Source: Alphaproteobacteria bacterium (GTDB lineage Bacteria > Pseudomonadota > Alphaproteobacteria > UBA2966). Taken from it: a stretch of 64,000 nucleotides of DNA. The notes below the pieces were generated by a model. That model had not been told where the DNA came from and ran no database searches. It saw only the letters and a list, made by a program, of their open reading frames with translations. Numbering within the stretch: the first letter of the stretch is position 1; every line of letters begins with the position of its first letter. Location: NCBI GenBank assembly GCA_018650465.1, contig JABIFY010000103.1, positions 13,362 through 77,361 on the forward strand, given 5' to 3'. The position numbers and the translations under genes are program-made. Shown in pieces: positions 35,643 to 45,522 of the stretch.

Positions 35643-36641
35643 CTATGTCAGGCGCTCACGCCCGTGCGGTTCGGAAAAATCTATCTCCGGGCCAGCGGGG
35701 ATGATGCCCAGGGGATTTCGTAATTCACTTTTGGAATAATAGCCTTGTTTGTAGATGTCGTGGCGCACGGTTTCAGCAATACCAGGAGTTTGATAAAGAT
35801 CGCGGGCATAGGGCCAGAGGTTGGCATAATCCGCAATGCGCCGGATATTACATTTAAAGGCCCCTACATAGGCCACATCAAATCGCGCCAGAGTCGGGAA
35901 TAATCGCCAGTCAGCTTCTGTCTGTTGGTCGCCCATTAGATAACGTCGAACCGCCAGGCGGTCATCCAACATATCCAGGGTGTCGAACAAGGCCGTTACG
36001 GCTTCGTCATAGGCGGCCTGGCTGCGGGCAAAACCGGTCCGATAAACGCCGTTATTGATGGTGTTGTATATGCGTTCATTCAAAGCGTCGATCTCGTCGC
36101 GTTGTGCCGCCGGATAATAATCGGTCTTGTCGTCTGTGAATGCATCGAAAGCAGAATTCAGCATGCGAATGATTTCGGCGCTCTCGTTACTGACCATGGT
36201 CTGGCGCTGTATGTCCCACAAAACCGGTACGGTGACGCGCCCGGTATAGTCGGGCTGGGCCTGGGTATAGATTTCATGCAAGGCTGACTTGCCGAACAAA
36301 TCATCTTTAAAGAAGGCATCGTCAGCGTCAAACACCCAGCCCTGGTCCGAGCGCCGTGGGCGGACATATGAAATTGAAATGACATCCTGCAACTGCTTCA
36401 GAATACGAAAAATCAGGGCCCGGTGCGCCCAGGGGCAATTCAACGCGACGTACAGATGATACCGGCCCGCCTCGGCCTTGAAACCACCCTCACCAGACGG
36501 GCCTGGCTCCCCATCAGGCGTGACCCAGTGTCGAATGACAGATTCCGCCCGGACAAAAGCCCCGGACTTGTCCGTATTAGTGGCTTCTGCCGCAGCCATT
36601 TGCGCATCATCCAGCCACACACCGTCGATCAGTTTCCCCAT
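35643..36641 (-). CDS. yqjG: Glutathionyl-hydroquinone reductase (YqjG/omega-like GST)
   Basis: MGKLIDGVW, RYHLYV..NCPWAHR, GRVTVPVLWD, NESAEI, NNGVY, TEADWRLF. Confidence 0.9.
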   Translation of the reverse strand: MGKLIDGVWLDDAQMAAAEATNTDKSGAFVRAESVIRHWVTPDGEPGPSGEGGFKAEAGRYHLYVALNCPWAHRALIFRILKQLQDVISISYVRPRRSDQGWVFDADDAFFKDDLFGKSALHEIYTQAQPDYTGRVTVPVLWDIQRQTMVSNESAEIIRMLNSAFDAFTDDKTDYYPAAQRDEIDALNERIYNTINNGVYRTGFARSQAAYDEAVTALFDTLDMLDDRLAVRRYLMGDQQTEADWRLFPTLARFDVAYVGAFKCNIRRIADYANLWPYARDLYQTPGIAETVRHDIYKQGYYSKSELRNPLGIIPAGPEIDFSEPHGRERLT

Positions 36642-36643
36642 TG

Positions 36644-37327
36644 TTACGAACCCTTATTTTGAAGCACAAAACTGGCCACGCTAAAATACCTGGTCGGGTA
36701 GGTCAGTTTTACCAGCACGCCGTCTTTGTCATACCAGAAATGGCCCGTGCGTTTCTTGCGCACAAAGCGATAATGCGTGGTCGGGATCAGTTGGCCATTG
36801 TGCTGAATTAGTTCTTCGCCGATACGGTCAATGGGGATGTCATTGGTGTTGCCGGTCAGGGTACTGATGATGGTGCCGCTAATTGCGGCGTCTTCGCACC
36901 ACAGCAGTTCGGTCAGGCGCGTGCCCTTGTGGTTATTGAGGCCGTCACCAGACTGAACCTCGTGATGGTCGCCGACCTGTTTCATGGTAATGGCAAAATC
37001 ATCACCATTGTCGCTGGTTTGGGCCGTCAGGGATTTCAGGCGATCCCCGGACCAGACTTCAACGGAAGAATGTTTGAAACGATAGGCCGGGATCAACAGC
37101 ACCCGGACGAGGATTTTCATGGAGACCTGAACGGTGGCCTGATCCTTGTTTTGATTGAAAGCCAGTTCCAGGCCGCCGACATTATCGTCGTCATTAAAGA
37201 TCGTGTAATTGAGTGTCTCGGAGGGCAGGGGGCAAATTTCGGCGACGGCGGCAGTTCCGGCTGACATGATCAGCAGGCACGTCGCGGTGGCAATCATCTG
37301 TCTGACCATGCCCTTGCTCATTCTCAT
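36644..37327 (-). CDS. Exported beta-rich protein (DUF6134-like)
   Basis: Signal peptide, 'AYRFKH...EVW...L..L...T.DNG' and C-terminal 'WYD.DG.LV'. Start at ATG 37327 with AGGAG. Confidence 0.6.
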   Translation of the reverse strand: MRMSKGMVRQMIATATCLLIMSAGTAAVAEICPLPSETLNYTIFNDDDNVGGLELAFNQNKDQATVQVSMKILVRVLLIPAYRFKHSSVEVWSGDRLKSLTAQTSDNGDDFAITMKQVGDHHEVQSGDGLNNHKGTRLTELLWCEDAAISGTIISTLTGNTNDIPIDRIGEELIQHNGQLIPTTHYRFVRKKRTGHFWYDKDGVLVKLTYPTRYFSVASFVLQNKGS

Positions 37328-37340
37328 GCAGAACCGGCTC

Positions 37341-38210
37341 CTATGGCATGAAATCAAAGGCAAAGGCGTCACCCTTTGCCCGCACCCGTGTGGCATAGGG
37401 AATGCCAAAATGTTGTGGCAGTAATAAGGCATTGTGCTCACAGCAGTGCTCAAGCAAGCCTCTACGGGTGGCGCGGGCCTGGTCCGGGTCCTGGCAAAAA
37501 GCGCTGTTCCAGTCGGGAAAAGCCCCCTGAATGGCGGAATGCATGGCGTCGCCAATGAACAATCCGTTTTCACCGGCATTGCTGAGTCTCATGGCAACAT
37601 GGCCCGGTGTATGGCCGGGGGCCGGGGTGATGGTCAGGTGATCACCAATGCCATGATCACCGCTGACCAACTCGCTCAAACCTGCATCCACGACCGGCAT
37701 GATGCGATTGAGGAACGCACCATTGTTGTCCTCCGCATTTTCTGACGCCGCCGCGTTATCGAATTCGGTCTTCGAAATCACATAGCGCGCATTGGGAAAG
37801 GTTGGCACGTGACGTCCGTCCACCAGCCTGGTGTGCCAGCCCACATGATCGGAATGCAGATGAGTACACAAGACATAATCAATTTCTTCCGGCTGTACCC
37901 CGGCTGCGGCCAGATTTTCCAGATAGGGAAACTGCTGCATATGATAGGCGGGCAGACCCGGCATGTGAGTGTGGTCACCAACGCAAGTATCGATCAGAAT
38001 GGTATGCTGCGCCGTGCGCACCAGCCAGCTGTGCATGCTGACCACCAGTCGCCCCGATTGTGGATCGAAATGATTGGGCGCAAACCAGTCCATATGTGGC
38101 GCTACCAAATCAGGATCATAGTCCGGTAAAAACTTGAAGGGATCAAAAACCGGGTGCAGGCTTTCCTCGATCCTGGTTACGCTGATGTCACCAAAGTGGA
38201 ATGTTGTCAC
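37341..38210 (-). CDS. MBL-fold metallo-hydrolase
   Basis: LIDT, THLHSDHVG (HxHxDH), PGHTPGH, GDAMH, distal H. Confidence 0.92.
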   Translation of the reverse strand: MTTFHFGDISVTRIEESLHPVFDPFKFLPDYDPDLVAPHMDWFAPNHFDPQSGRLVVSMHSWLVRTAQHTILIDTCVGDHTHMPGLPAYHMQQFPYLENLAAAGVQPEEIDYVLCTHLHSDHVGWHTRLVDGRHVPTFPNARYVISKTEFDNAAASENAEDNNGAFLNRIMPVVDAGLSELVSGDHGIGDHLTITPAPGHTPGHVAMRLSNAGENGLFIGDAMHSAIQGAFPDWNSAFCQDPDQARATRRGLLEHCCEHNALLLPQHFGIPYATRVRAKGDAFAFDFMP

Positions 38211-38423
38211 GTCTTATGCTCCCCGTTTGCGCTTCTCGTTTTTGTGGCGCAATTTCATATCAAATCAGGACGATGATCAATATATGCCGGGCTTTTCATT
38301 TGGGCTCTTTTTATCATGTCTGACTATCATCTCTGGCGGACGTTGCTTTCCGTTGCTTTTTTTAATCAATGGAATTCTAATGAAGCACCTTTGTGATTTT
38401 CGAACTGTATCTGGAAACGCCTC

Positions 38424-39719
38424 ATGGATGTTGGACACCCCTTACTTGACCCGAAGCGGCTGGCCGCTTTGGCGACCTATGAGGTCATGGACACGTTGCC
38501 TGATTTTGAACAGGACTGTTTGACTGAAATCGCAGCACAAATCAGTGGCTATCCGGTCGCTCTGATCAGCCTGATGGACGAGCACCGACAGTGGTTCAAA
38601 TCAAATTATGGCCTGACGGGCATGACAGAATGTCCGGCGGAAGTGTCTGTCTGTTCAGCGACGGTGTGTGCCAATGATATTATGTATGTGCCGGATTTAA
38701 CATTGGATGACCGGTTCAAAGACCTGCCAATTGTTATCGGGGAACCTAATCTTCAATCTTATTGCGGCATGCCCCTGATTAACAATGATGGATATGTGCT
38801 GGGCACTTTATGTATCGTGGACTTTCAGCCCCATGAACTTGACGTGTCACAACGCGAAGCCATTCGGCGATTGGCGCAGCAATCAATGGCCATGCTGGAA
38901 ATGCGGCGCAATGTGATTTCCTTGCAGGGGAAGGTCAAGGAACTGCAAGAGGCGAAAACCATCTCTGATGAAGAGCGGGACAAATCGGAGGCCTATCTGG
39001 ATAATATTTTTCCAAAGCTTATTGCCCATGAACTGAAAACAAAGGGCCGGGTTGAACCCAAATACCTGGATATGGCCACAGTCGTCTTTGCCGACTTTGT
39101 TGATTTCAGCCAGTTGACGGACGGCATGGAACCGGCGCGGTTAATTGAACAATTGAATCTGAATTTTGCCCGCTTTGATCAAATCGCTACTGAAAACCGG
39201 GTGGTCACTCTGAGGACGGTCGGGGATGGTTATTTGTGCGCTGCAGGATTGCCTGAAAATAACGCCACCCACGCCGTTGATGCCTGCCTGGCCGCACTGC
39301 AAATGCAACAATTTGTTGCCGCAAGCAATAAACAACGCACGATACTCAGGTTGAAGCCATGGCAGCAGAGGATCGGTATCAATACCGGGCCTTTGGTTGC
39401 GGGAATCGTCGGCACCACCCGGTTGACCTATGATGTCTGGGGAACCTCAGTTAATACAGCTGCCCGGCTTGAGCAATCCTGCGAGCCGGATCGGATAAAT
39501 ATTTCAGGCAGTACGGTTTATCAAATTCGGGACTTGTTTGAGGTTGAGCCCCGGGGTCACATCGAGATCAAAAACCTGGGCGCAATTGACATGTTTTATT
39601 TAAACAGAATTTTGCCTGAATTTTCTGCAGACGAAAATGGTTGTCTGCCCAATGACATTTTTTGGCAGAAGTTCAACGAAGGGCGTACTGCTATGACGAA
39701 TTCGCCAGCTGCCAAATAA
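38424..39719 (+). CDS. GAF-domain class III nucleotide cyclase
   Basis: N-terminal GAF (ALISL...QWFKS, DDRF, YCGMPL, GTLC). Cyclase motifs FADFVDF, TVGDGY, RIGINTG, YDVWG.SVN.AARLE. Confidence 0.9.
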   Translation: MDVGHPLLDPKRLAALATYEVMDTLPDFEQDCLTEIAAQISGYPVALISLMDEHRQWFKSNYGLTGMTECPAEVSVCSATVCANDIMYVPDLTLDDRFKDLPIVIGEPNLQSYCGMPLINNDGYVLGTLCIVDFQPHELDVSQREAIRRLAQQSMAMLEMRRNVISLQGKVKELQEAKTISDEERDKSEAYLDNIFPKLIAHELKTKGRVEPKYLDMATVVFADFVDFSQLTDGMEPARLIEQLNLNFARFDQIATENRVVTLRTVGDGYLCAAGLPENNATHAVDACLAALQMQQFVAASNKQRTILRLKPWQQRIGINTGPLVAGIVGTTRLTYDVWGTSVNTAARLEQSCEPDRINISGSTVYQIRDLFEVEPRGHIEIKNLGAIDMFYLNRILPEFSADENGCLPNDIFWQKFNEGRTAMTNSPAAK

Positions 39720-39766
39720 TCAAAGGCTAAACAGGCAGTATCACCCATCCGTTCAAGGAATATTCA

Positions 39767-40267
39767 TTGTCAAATTCTGGCTTGATAACAGCTGAGTCGC
39801 TTCCCGACATTCATCAGGCAACCGTTCTGCCAGAATGGATCGACTATAACGGCCATATGAATGTGGCCTATTATGTGCTGGCCTTTGACCATGCGACGGA
39901 CGGCATGCTGGATAATATGGGGCTGGGCCAGCAACATGTAGAGAAAAATAGCAGCTCGTTTTTTGTTGTCGAAGCGCATGTGAATTATCTGGCCGAAGTG
40001 GTGGAAGGCGCACCTTTGCGCTTTACCGTCCAGATGCTGGATCACGACGACAAGCGCCTGCATTTTTTCACCCGCATGTATCACCGCGACGAAGGTTTCC
40101 TTGCCGCCACCAGCGAATGGCTGGGTGTGCATATTGATCTGGAAAAACGCCGGTCATCGACCATGCCAGTGGAGGCTATGGCTCGCCTCGCAGAAATGAA
40201 AGCCGATCACAGCGCTATCCCCTGGCCGGAACAGGCCGGACGCAAGATGGAAATCAGGCGCAAATAA
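39767..40267 (+). CDS. Hotdog-fold thioesterase family protein
   Basis: V.PEWIDYNGHMNVAYY motif, DKRLH. TTG start. Confidence 0.87.
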   Translation: MSNSGLITAESLPDIHQATVLPEWIDYNGHMNVAYYVLAFDHATDGMLDNMGLGQQHVEKNSSSFFVVEAHVNYLAEVVEGAPLRFTVQMLDHDDKRLHFFTRMYHRDEGFLAATSEWLGVHIDLEKRRSSTMPVEAMARLAEMKADHSAIPWPEQAGRKMEIRRK

Positions 40268-41460
40268 TGAACATGATTTCCGGTTTCGCCTTTGTTGCCG
40301 GTGAATCGGAAGAAGAACGGCGCGCCAAAAACACAATTTTTCTGGTTGCCGGATCTTGCTGTTTTTTTGGCGTGATCTGGTCCGCTATGTATTATTGGAT
40401 TTTTGGCTGGGGTCTGACGGCGGCTTTGCCGCTTGGTTATGCCATCCTGGTTGGGGCGTCCATCTCTGCCTCCCACGCGTCCCGCAACATTTCCTGGGCC
40501 ATCTACGCCCAGATCATCTGCATCATCTATATTACAGCCTTCATCCAGTGGAGCATCGGCGGACTGTTTGACTCAGGGTTTGTCATGGCCTGGGCCCTGC
40601 TGGGTCCCATCGGCGCATTGGTATTTTTTCCTCGGGCCAAGTCGATAATCTGGTTTGTTCTCTATTTGATAAACGTCGTGATTACTCTCGTTTTTGATGA
40701 CTAATTTGTGGCGCATGGTTACGACGTCAGTGAGGCCGTTCAAACGTTGTTCTTCTTCATGAACATGAGTATTTCATCCTTTGTGATTTTCCTGTTTGCC
40801 GGATATTTTGTTGCCAATGCCGCCAGCGAACGACAGCGGGCGGATGCCCTGCTGTTGAATACACTGCCAAAAGAAGTCGTGCCGGTTCTGAAGTCGGGGC
40901 AGGAGACGATTGCGGATTATTTTGAGACATCAACGATTATGTTTTGCGACATGGTTGGCTCAACGCCAATGTTTGAGGACATGAAACCGGCGGAAGTTGT
41001 CGACTGGCTGAACGAAGTTTTTACCATGTTCGACAAACTGACTGAAAAGTACGGGCTAGAGAAAATTCGCACCATCGGGGACAATTATATGGTTGCTGCC
41101 GGTGTGCCAACGCCGAGACCTGATCATGCGACGGCGATGGCTTCATTGGCGCTGGAGATGTTGCAGGGGCTGAACGATATTCCCGCCAGAGCCGGCAAAA
41201 GTATGGCGTTTCGTTTTGGTATTAACTCTGGTCCCGTTGTTGCGGGCATCATTGGCAAAACAAAATTTCAATATGACATTTGGGGCGATACCGTGAATGT
41301 TGCCAGCCGCATGGAATCTCATGGTGAAGCCGGCAATGTTCATATTTCGGCCGCGACACACGATTTGATCAAAGATGAATTCGATTGCCTTTATCGCGGC
41401 AAGACACCTATCAAGGGCAAGGATGACATGGATACCTGGTATATTGTCGGGCCAAAATAA
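40267..41460 (+). pseudogene. Membrane-anchored class III nucleotide cyclase interrupted by one in-frame TAA (40702-40704)
   Basis: ORFs 40267-40704 (TM helices) and 40708-41460 (last TM plus FCDMVG, TIGDNY, GINSG, YDIWGDTVNVASRME) are in the same frame and separated only by the stop. Confidence 0.8.
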
Positions 41461-41468
41461 GCCCCGAT

Positions 41469-42086
41469 TTACGAAATCATAAAGACATCGTAACGCGTTG
41501 ATTTGCCGGTGATCTGATGAGATGGCGCCGCAATGTCTGCCATGGGGTCGGCTCGCAGGGGCCATTTCAGAACCACGCGTTTTGTTGCAGCTATCAAGGC
41601 TACGCGCATCAAGTCAACAGAATCTTCATCCGTGCCGACGATCTCGCGGATCAGGCGCATCTCACTTTTAACGAGGGCGGATTTTTTGCGCGGTGGGTGC
41701 ATAGGGTCCACCAGCACAACGTCCGGTGACAAATCCGGCAACAGGTCTTTAGCATCGCCCAGCAACAAGGTCATGCGGCCGATGGCGTCGGCGATCTCGC
41801 CACCCGTAGCCTGGGCCCGAGCCATGCCGTCACCCAGCAATTCATGCATTTTGGCAGAGCGTTCAATCAGCGTGACTTCGGCCCCCAGTGACGCCAGCAA
41901 AAATGCATCCCGCCCCAGACCTGCCGTGGCATCGACAATGGAGGGCGACACACCACCTTTCATGCCCACGGCCTTGGGTAAAGCCTGGCCGCGTCCACCG
42001 CCATATCTGAAGCGATGGCCAACCGCACCGCCGACAAAGTCAACGACAAGGTTTTGAGGGTCGGATGTCGTCGCTTTACCTGCCAT
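41469..42086 (-). CDS. rsmJ: 16S rRNA m2G1516 methyltransferase RsmJ-like (short form)
   Basis: VDF..G...HR..GGG..Q.L.KAVG, DATAGLGRDAF, DPM.P, KRVV.K.P, TRYDV. Confidence 0.85.
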   Translation of the reverse strand: MAGKATTSDPQNLVVDFVGGAVGHRFRYGGGRGQALPKAVGMKGGVSPSIVDATAGLGRDAFLLASLGAEVTLIERSAKMHELLGDGMARAQATGGEIADAIGRMTLLLGDAKDLLPDLSPDVVLVDPMHPPRKKSALVKSEMRLIREIVGTDEDSVDLMRVALIAATKRVVLKWPLRADPMADIAAPSHQITGKSTRYDVFMIS

Positions 42087-42095
42087 ATAGTGAGT

Positions 42096-43067
42096 TTACC
42101 CGGTGGTATGCCCGCTGTCTTTGTCATAGTCCGGAATATGTCGGGTACGATGGTGGTAATCATCCTCGCCCTGGACCAGACGATGGTAGGACGTGTTGAA
42201 GACGCTGTAGGCACCGCAGCGACTGCAATCCACATCATTGCCATAACAGCAGAAAGTTCGTTCAAAATTGCCGCCATCCCCCATATATAACGGCAGGGTC
42301 GCCAACATCAGACAGTGTTCGCCCTTTTCGCCTGTGTAATCCAGACAGCGGTCCGAATACATCAGTTCCAGGGCACCGACATTAGCCTTGATCAGTGTCG
42401 GGTGCCTTTCCTTGAGGGCAATCACCCGTTTGATCACCGGGTCGCGGTCCTTCAGGTCATCCCAGGCAAGACCAGTATCGTCATTTGTGCAGGGCACATA
42501 GAAAGTGAAAGCAATGCCGTCGATGGGCCAGTCCTTGACCTCTTCAACAAAATCTTCCAGGCCTTGATCATTTTGTGCCGTCAGCACCATCTGCAACATA
42601 ACCGTGGTACCGTCTGTACGGTCGCGCGCCTGCACGGCAGCCTTTACTTTTTTAAATACCCCCTTGCCGCGAATCGGGTCGTTCAGGTCTTCCGGGCCGT
42701 CCAGCGAGACTGTGACCAGGCCGCCCGGTAAAACCGGAATGCCGTAGGTCGCATTGGTCACGATGGCGGGCATTTCAAACAGTTTGGTGGCTTCCATCAC
42801 CAGGTCTTTGCGGATCATCGGCTCGCCACCCATAAACAGCATGGATTTGATGTTGTGCTTGTCCCGCAAGGCCTCAAGGTGGCGCAACATGGTTTCATCA
42901 TTCATCTTGTCGTGGGCGTCATTGGGGTTGTCTGACCGGAAGACAAAGCAATGAGAGCACTGCAGATTACAGACATTTGTCACATTTACCAAAGCGGTTG
43001 GGTAGTCCCCGTCGCCAAAATCAGTGGGGTCTCTCAGGACATTTTCCATTATGGATTTTGCAGTCAT
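42096..43067 (-). CDS. Radical SAM protein of unknown function
   Basis: CNLQCSHC (CxxxCxxC), GGEP, TN, SLDG, RG.G.F; C-terminal Cys cluster CCYG..VDCSRCG. Start moved to ATG 43067. Confidence 0.9.
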   Translation of the reverse strand: MTAKSIMENVLRDPTDFGDGDYPTALVNVTNVCNLQCSHCFVFRSDNPNDAHDKMNDETMLRHLEALRDKHNIKSMLFMGGEPMIRKDLVMEATKLFEMPAIVTNATYGIPVLPGGLVTVSLDGPEDLNDPIRGKGVFKKVKAAVQARDRTDGTTVMLQMVLTAQNDQGLEDFVEEVKDWPIDGIAFTFYVPCTNDDTGLAWDDLKDRDPVIKRVIALKERHPTLIKANVGALELMYSDRCLDYTGEKGEHCLMLATLPLYMGDGGNFERTFCCYGNDVDCSRCGAYSVFNTSYHRLVQGEDDYHHRTRHIPDYDKDSGHTTG

Positions 43068-43201
43068 GGTCGGGGGTCCTTTTGGCGGGCGGGTGGGAAT
43101 AAAAGTTGCCGGTAGATAATTTTGACCCGTTCGTGGCTGCAATACAAATGAAATCAGACAAGCACTTGGACCTGACCACCTTTTGGCGTTAACGTTCAGG
43201 C

Positions 43202-43711
43202 ATGAAAACATTTTTGCAGATGCCTCTGTTTATATTGATTGTAATGATCGTTGGATTTTCTGGACAATCAGCGCAAGCTGCCTGCACCGATCCGGCGCGC
43301 CCAGAGGTCGAGTGGCGACGATGTTATTTTGACGAACGTAATTTCAAGGGCGTCAATTTAACCGGGGCCAAGCTGCGTGATGCACGGTTTATTCGGGCGG
43401 ACCTGTCTGGTTCGAACCTTACAAAAGTGGATGCCCGCCGGGCCAAGTTCATTTCAGCCCAGATCAACGGTGTTACCTTTGACGGTGGACGCCTGACCGA
43501 GGCGGATTTCACCAAAGCTAATTTGCAAAAGTCGTCCTTCATTAAAGCTGATCTGCGTCGTGCGCGTCTCAATCGTGCCAACTTGCGCGGGGCCAATCTT
43601 ACAGGGGCCAAGCTCAAAGGCGCGGATTTGCTGAACGCGGACCTTTCTGGTGCCACCTGGAGTGACGGCAAAACGATCTGCGCCGAGGGTTCCCTCGGCA
43701 TTTGCAACTAA
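43202..43711 (+). CDS. Exported pentapeptide repeat protein
   Basis: Signal peptide, tandem A(D/N)Lxx repeats, C-terminal W.DG..C...S.G.C. Confidence 0.9.
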   Translation: MKTFLQMPLFILIVMIVGFSGQSAQAACTDPARPEVEWRRCYFDERNFKGVNLTGAKLRDARFIRADLSGSNLTKVDARRAKFISAQINGVTFDGGRLTEADFTKANLQKSSFIKADLRRARLNRANLRGANLTGAKLKGADLLNADLSGATWSDGKTICAEGSLGICN

Positions 43712-43732
43712 TCCAACGACGATGAAGCACCC

Positions 43733-45511
43733 ATGAAGCTCACAGGTCGCCCGGCACGTTTGTTGGTGCGATTGCGCAAACTGACGCGCAATGACCAGAT
43801 CATCCTCAGCCTTTTGGCCGTTGTCGCCGGTGCCGCTGTGGCCTATGGCAGTCTTGGTTTTCGCTGGCTGATCGGCGTTGTGCAGCATCTGTTTTTCAGT
43901 GACCCGCAAGAAGAACTTTTATCCATCGCCATTCTCTTGCCCTGGTGGCAAATATTATTGGCCCCGGCTGTTGGTGGCTTGGTAATCGGCTTGTTCCTGA
44001 AATATATAATGCCGGGCGGTCGACCCCTGGGCGTGGCCCATGTTATCGAAGTTGGTGCCTTGCGCGGCGGGCGCATGTCCCTGAACCAGGCCCTTGGCGC
44101 GGCGTTTGTCTCAGCCGCATCTATCGGCGTTGGCGGCAGTGCCGGGCGCGAAGGGCCCATGGTACATTTTGGCGCGGCCTTGTCATCCTATATTGCCCGG
44201 CGCTTTCACCTGACGCCCTCCATCACGCTGACCCTGTTGGGCTGTGGTGTGGCCAGCGGCGTGGCGGCGTCCTTTAATGCCCCCATCGCTGGCGTGTTTT
44301 TCGCGTTAGAGGTCGTCATCGGCCACTATGCCCTGCATGCCTTTTCCCCGATTGTCATTGCTTCGGTGGTCGGCACCATTGTCTCGCGGGCGCATCTTGG
44401 CGACACACCGGCCTTTGTTGTCTTGCAACATGCGCCGGTCAATATTGCCGAATACCCCGCCTTTATTTTGCTGGGATTCAGCTGTGCCATAATCGCCATT
44501 TTGTTTCTGCGGGCCATCGTGCTGGCAGACGAAGGCTTTTCACGCTCGCCCCTGCCCGTGTGGTTAAGACCGGCGGTAGGTGGCTTGATGGTCGGGGCCA
44601 TTGCTCTTTACTTTCCCCATGTCCTGGGTGTTGGTTATCAGGCCACGGACATGGCCCTGAACGGCACCTTCGGCTTATGGATGCTGCTGGGCCTGGTTGT
44701 TGCAAAAACCGTGGCGACCTCGCTGACCATCGGGGCCGGATTTGGTGGCGGTGTTTTCAGCCCGGCGCTTTTTGTTGGCGCCATGACCGGTGGGGCCTTT
44801 GGCATTATTGCAGGATCGGTATTCCCGGACCTGTCATCGGGTGTTGGCCTTTATGCCATGGTCGGCATGGGGGCGGTGGCCGCACCGGTATTGGGCGCAC
44901 CTATTTCCACGATCCTCATTGTGTTTGAATTAACCGGCGACTATTCCATGACCATCGCCGCCATGATTGCCGTGTCCGTGGCCAGCGTCACCACCCAGCA
45001 AGTCTTCGGCGGCAAGTCATTTTTCAACTGGCAACTGGATAAACGCGGCCTTGACCTCGGCGGTGGCCGCGCCCGCCAGGTGCTGGCCGCGCGCCATGCG
45101 GAAGATGTCATGGCCGACGACTTCCACATCGTCGGCGAACACATCACCATGGACCTCATTCGCCAGACTTTGCGCGATTCAACGGATGACCATATCTTTG
45201 TGGTTGACGGGAACAACCGCCTCACTGGCTCCCTCAGTTTTACAGACATCAAGGATATCGCTTTTGAATCCGGCCTTGATCACCTGATCAACGCTCGCGA
45301 CGCCGCCCGCCCACACCCCGTCTATGTCGACCGCCAGGAAAGCCTGGAAAAGGTCTTGAACATCATGGATGCCTCCGGCCTGTTGTACGTGCCTGTCGTT
45401 GATACGATCGAAAATATGCGCGTCGTCGGCTTGGTACATCACCGCCGCGTGCTGACGGAGTACAACAAAGCCCTGCTCGACATGCATGCGGAGGAACACG
45501 GCGAGAAGTGA
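43733..45511 (+). CDS. ClC chloride channel/transporter with CBS pair
   Basis: GREGP, FNAPIAG..F.LE, GGVFSP, AP.S....FELT; C-terminal CBS domains. Confidence 0.92.
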   Translation: MKLTGRPARLLVRLRKLTRNDQIILSLLAVVAGAAVAYGSLGFRWLIGVVQHLFFSDPQEELLSIAILLPWWQILLAPAVGGLVIGLFLKYIMPGGRPLGVAHVIEVGALRGGRMSLNQALGAAFVSAASIGVGGSAGREGPMVHFGAALSSYIARRFHLTPSITLTLLGCGVASGVAASFNAPIAGVFFALEVVIGHYALHAFSPIVIASVVGTIVSRAHLGDTPAFVVLQHAPVNIAEYPAFILLGFSCAIIAILFLRAIVLADEGFSRSPLPVWLRPAVGGLMVGAIALYFPHVLGVGYQATDMALNGTFGLWMLLGLVVAKTVATSLTIGAGFGGGVFSPALFVGAMTGGAFGIIAGSVFPDLSSGVGLYAMVGMGAVAAPVLGAPISTILIVFELTGDYSMTIAAMIAVSVASVTTQQVFGGKSFFNWQLDKRGLDLGGGRARQVLAARHAEDVMADDFHIVGEHITMDLIRQTLRDSTDDHIFVVDGNNRLTGSLSFTDIKDIAFESGLDHLINARDAARPHPVYVDRQESLEKVLNIMDASGLLYVPVVDTIENMRVVGLVHHRRVLTEYNKALLDMHAEEHGEK

Positions 45512-45522
45512 GTGCGGCAATC

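Noticed and set aside
40702..40704. Programmed Sec/Pyl recoding of the cyclase stop
   Set aside because: The codon is TAA, not TGA or TAG, and TAA is used as a normal stop throughout the window.
38424..41460. Pycsar/CBASS-type cyclase defence system
   Set aside because: The cyclases have GAF or TM sensor architecture, and there is no adjacent cNMP-binding TIR or TM effector.
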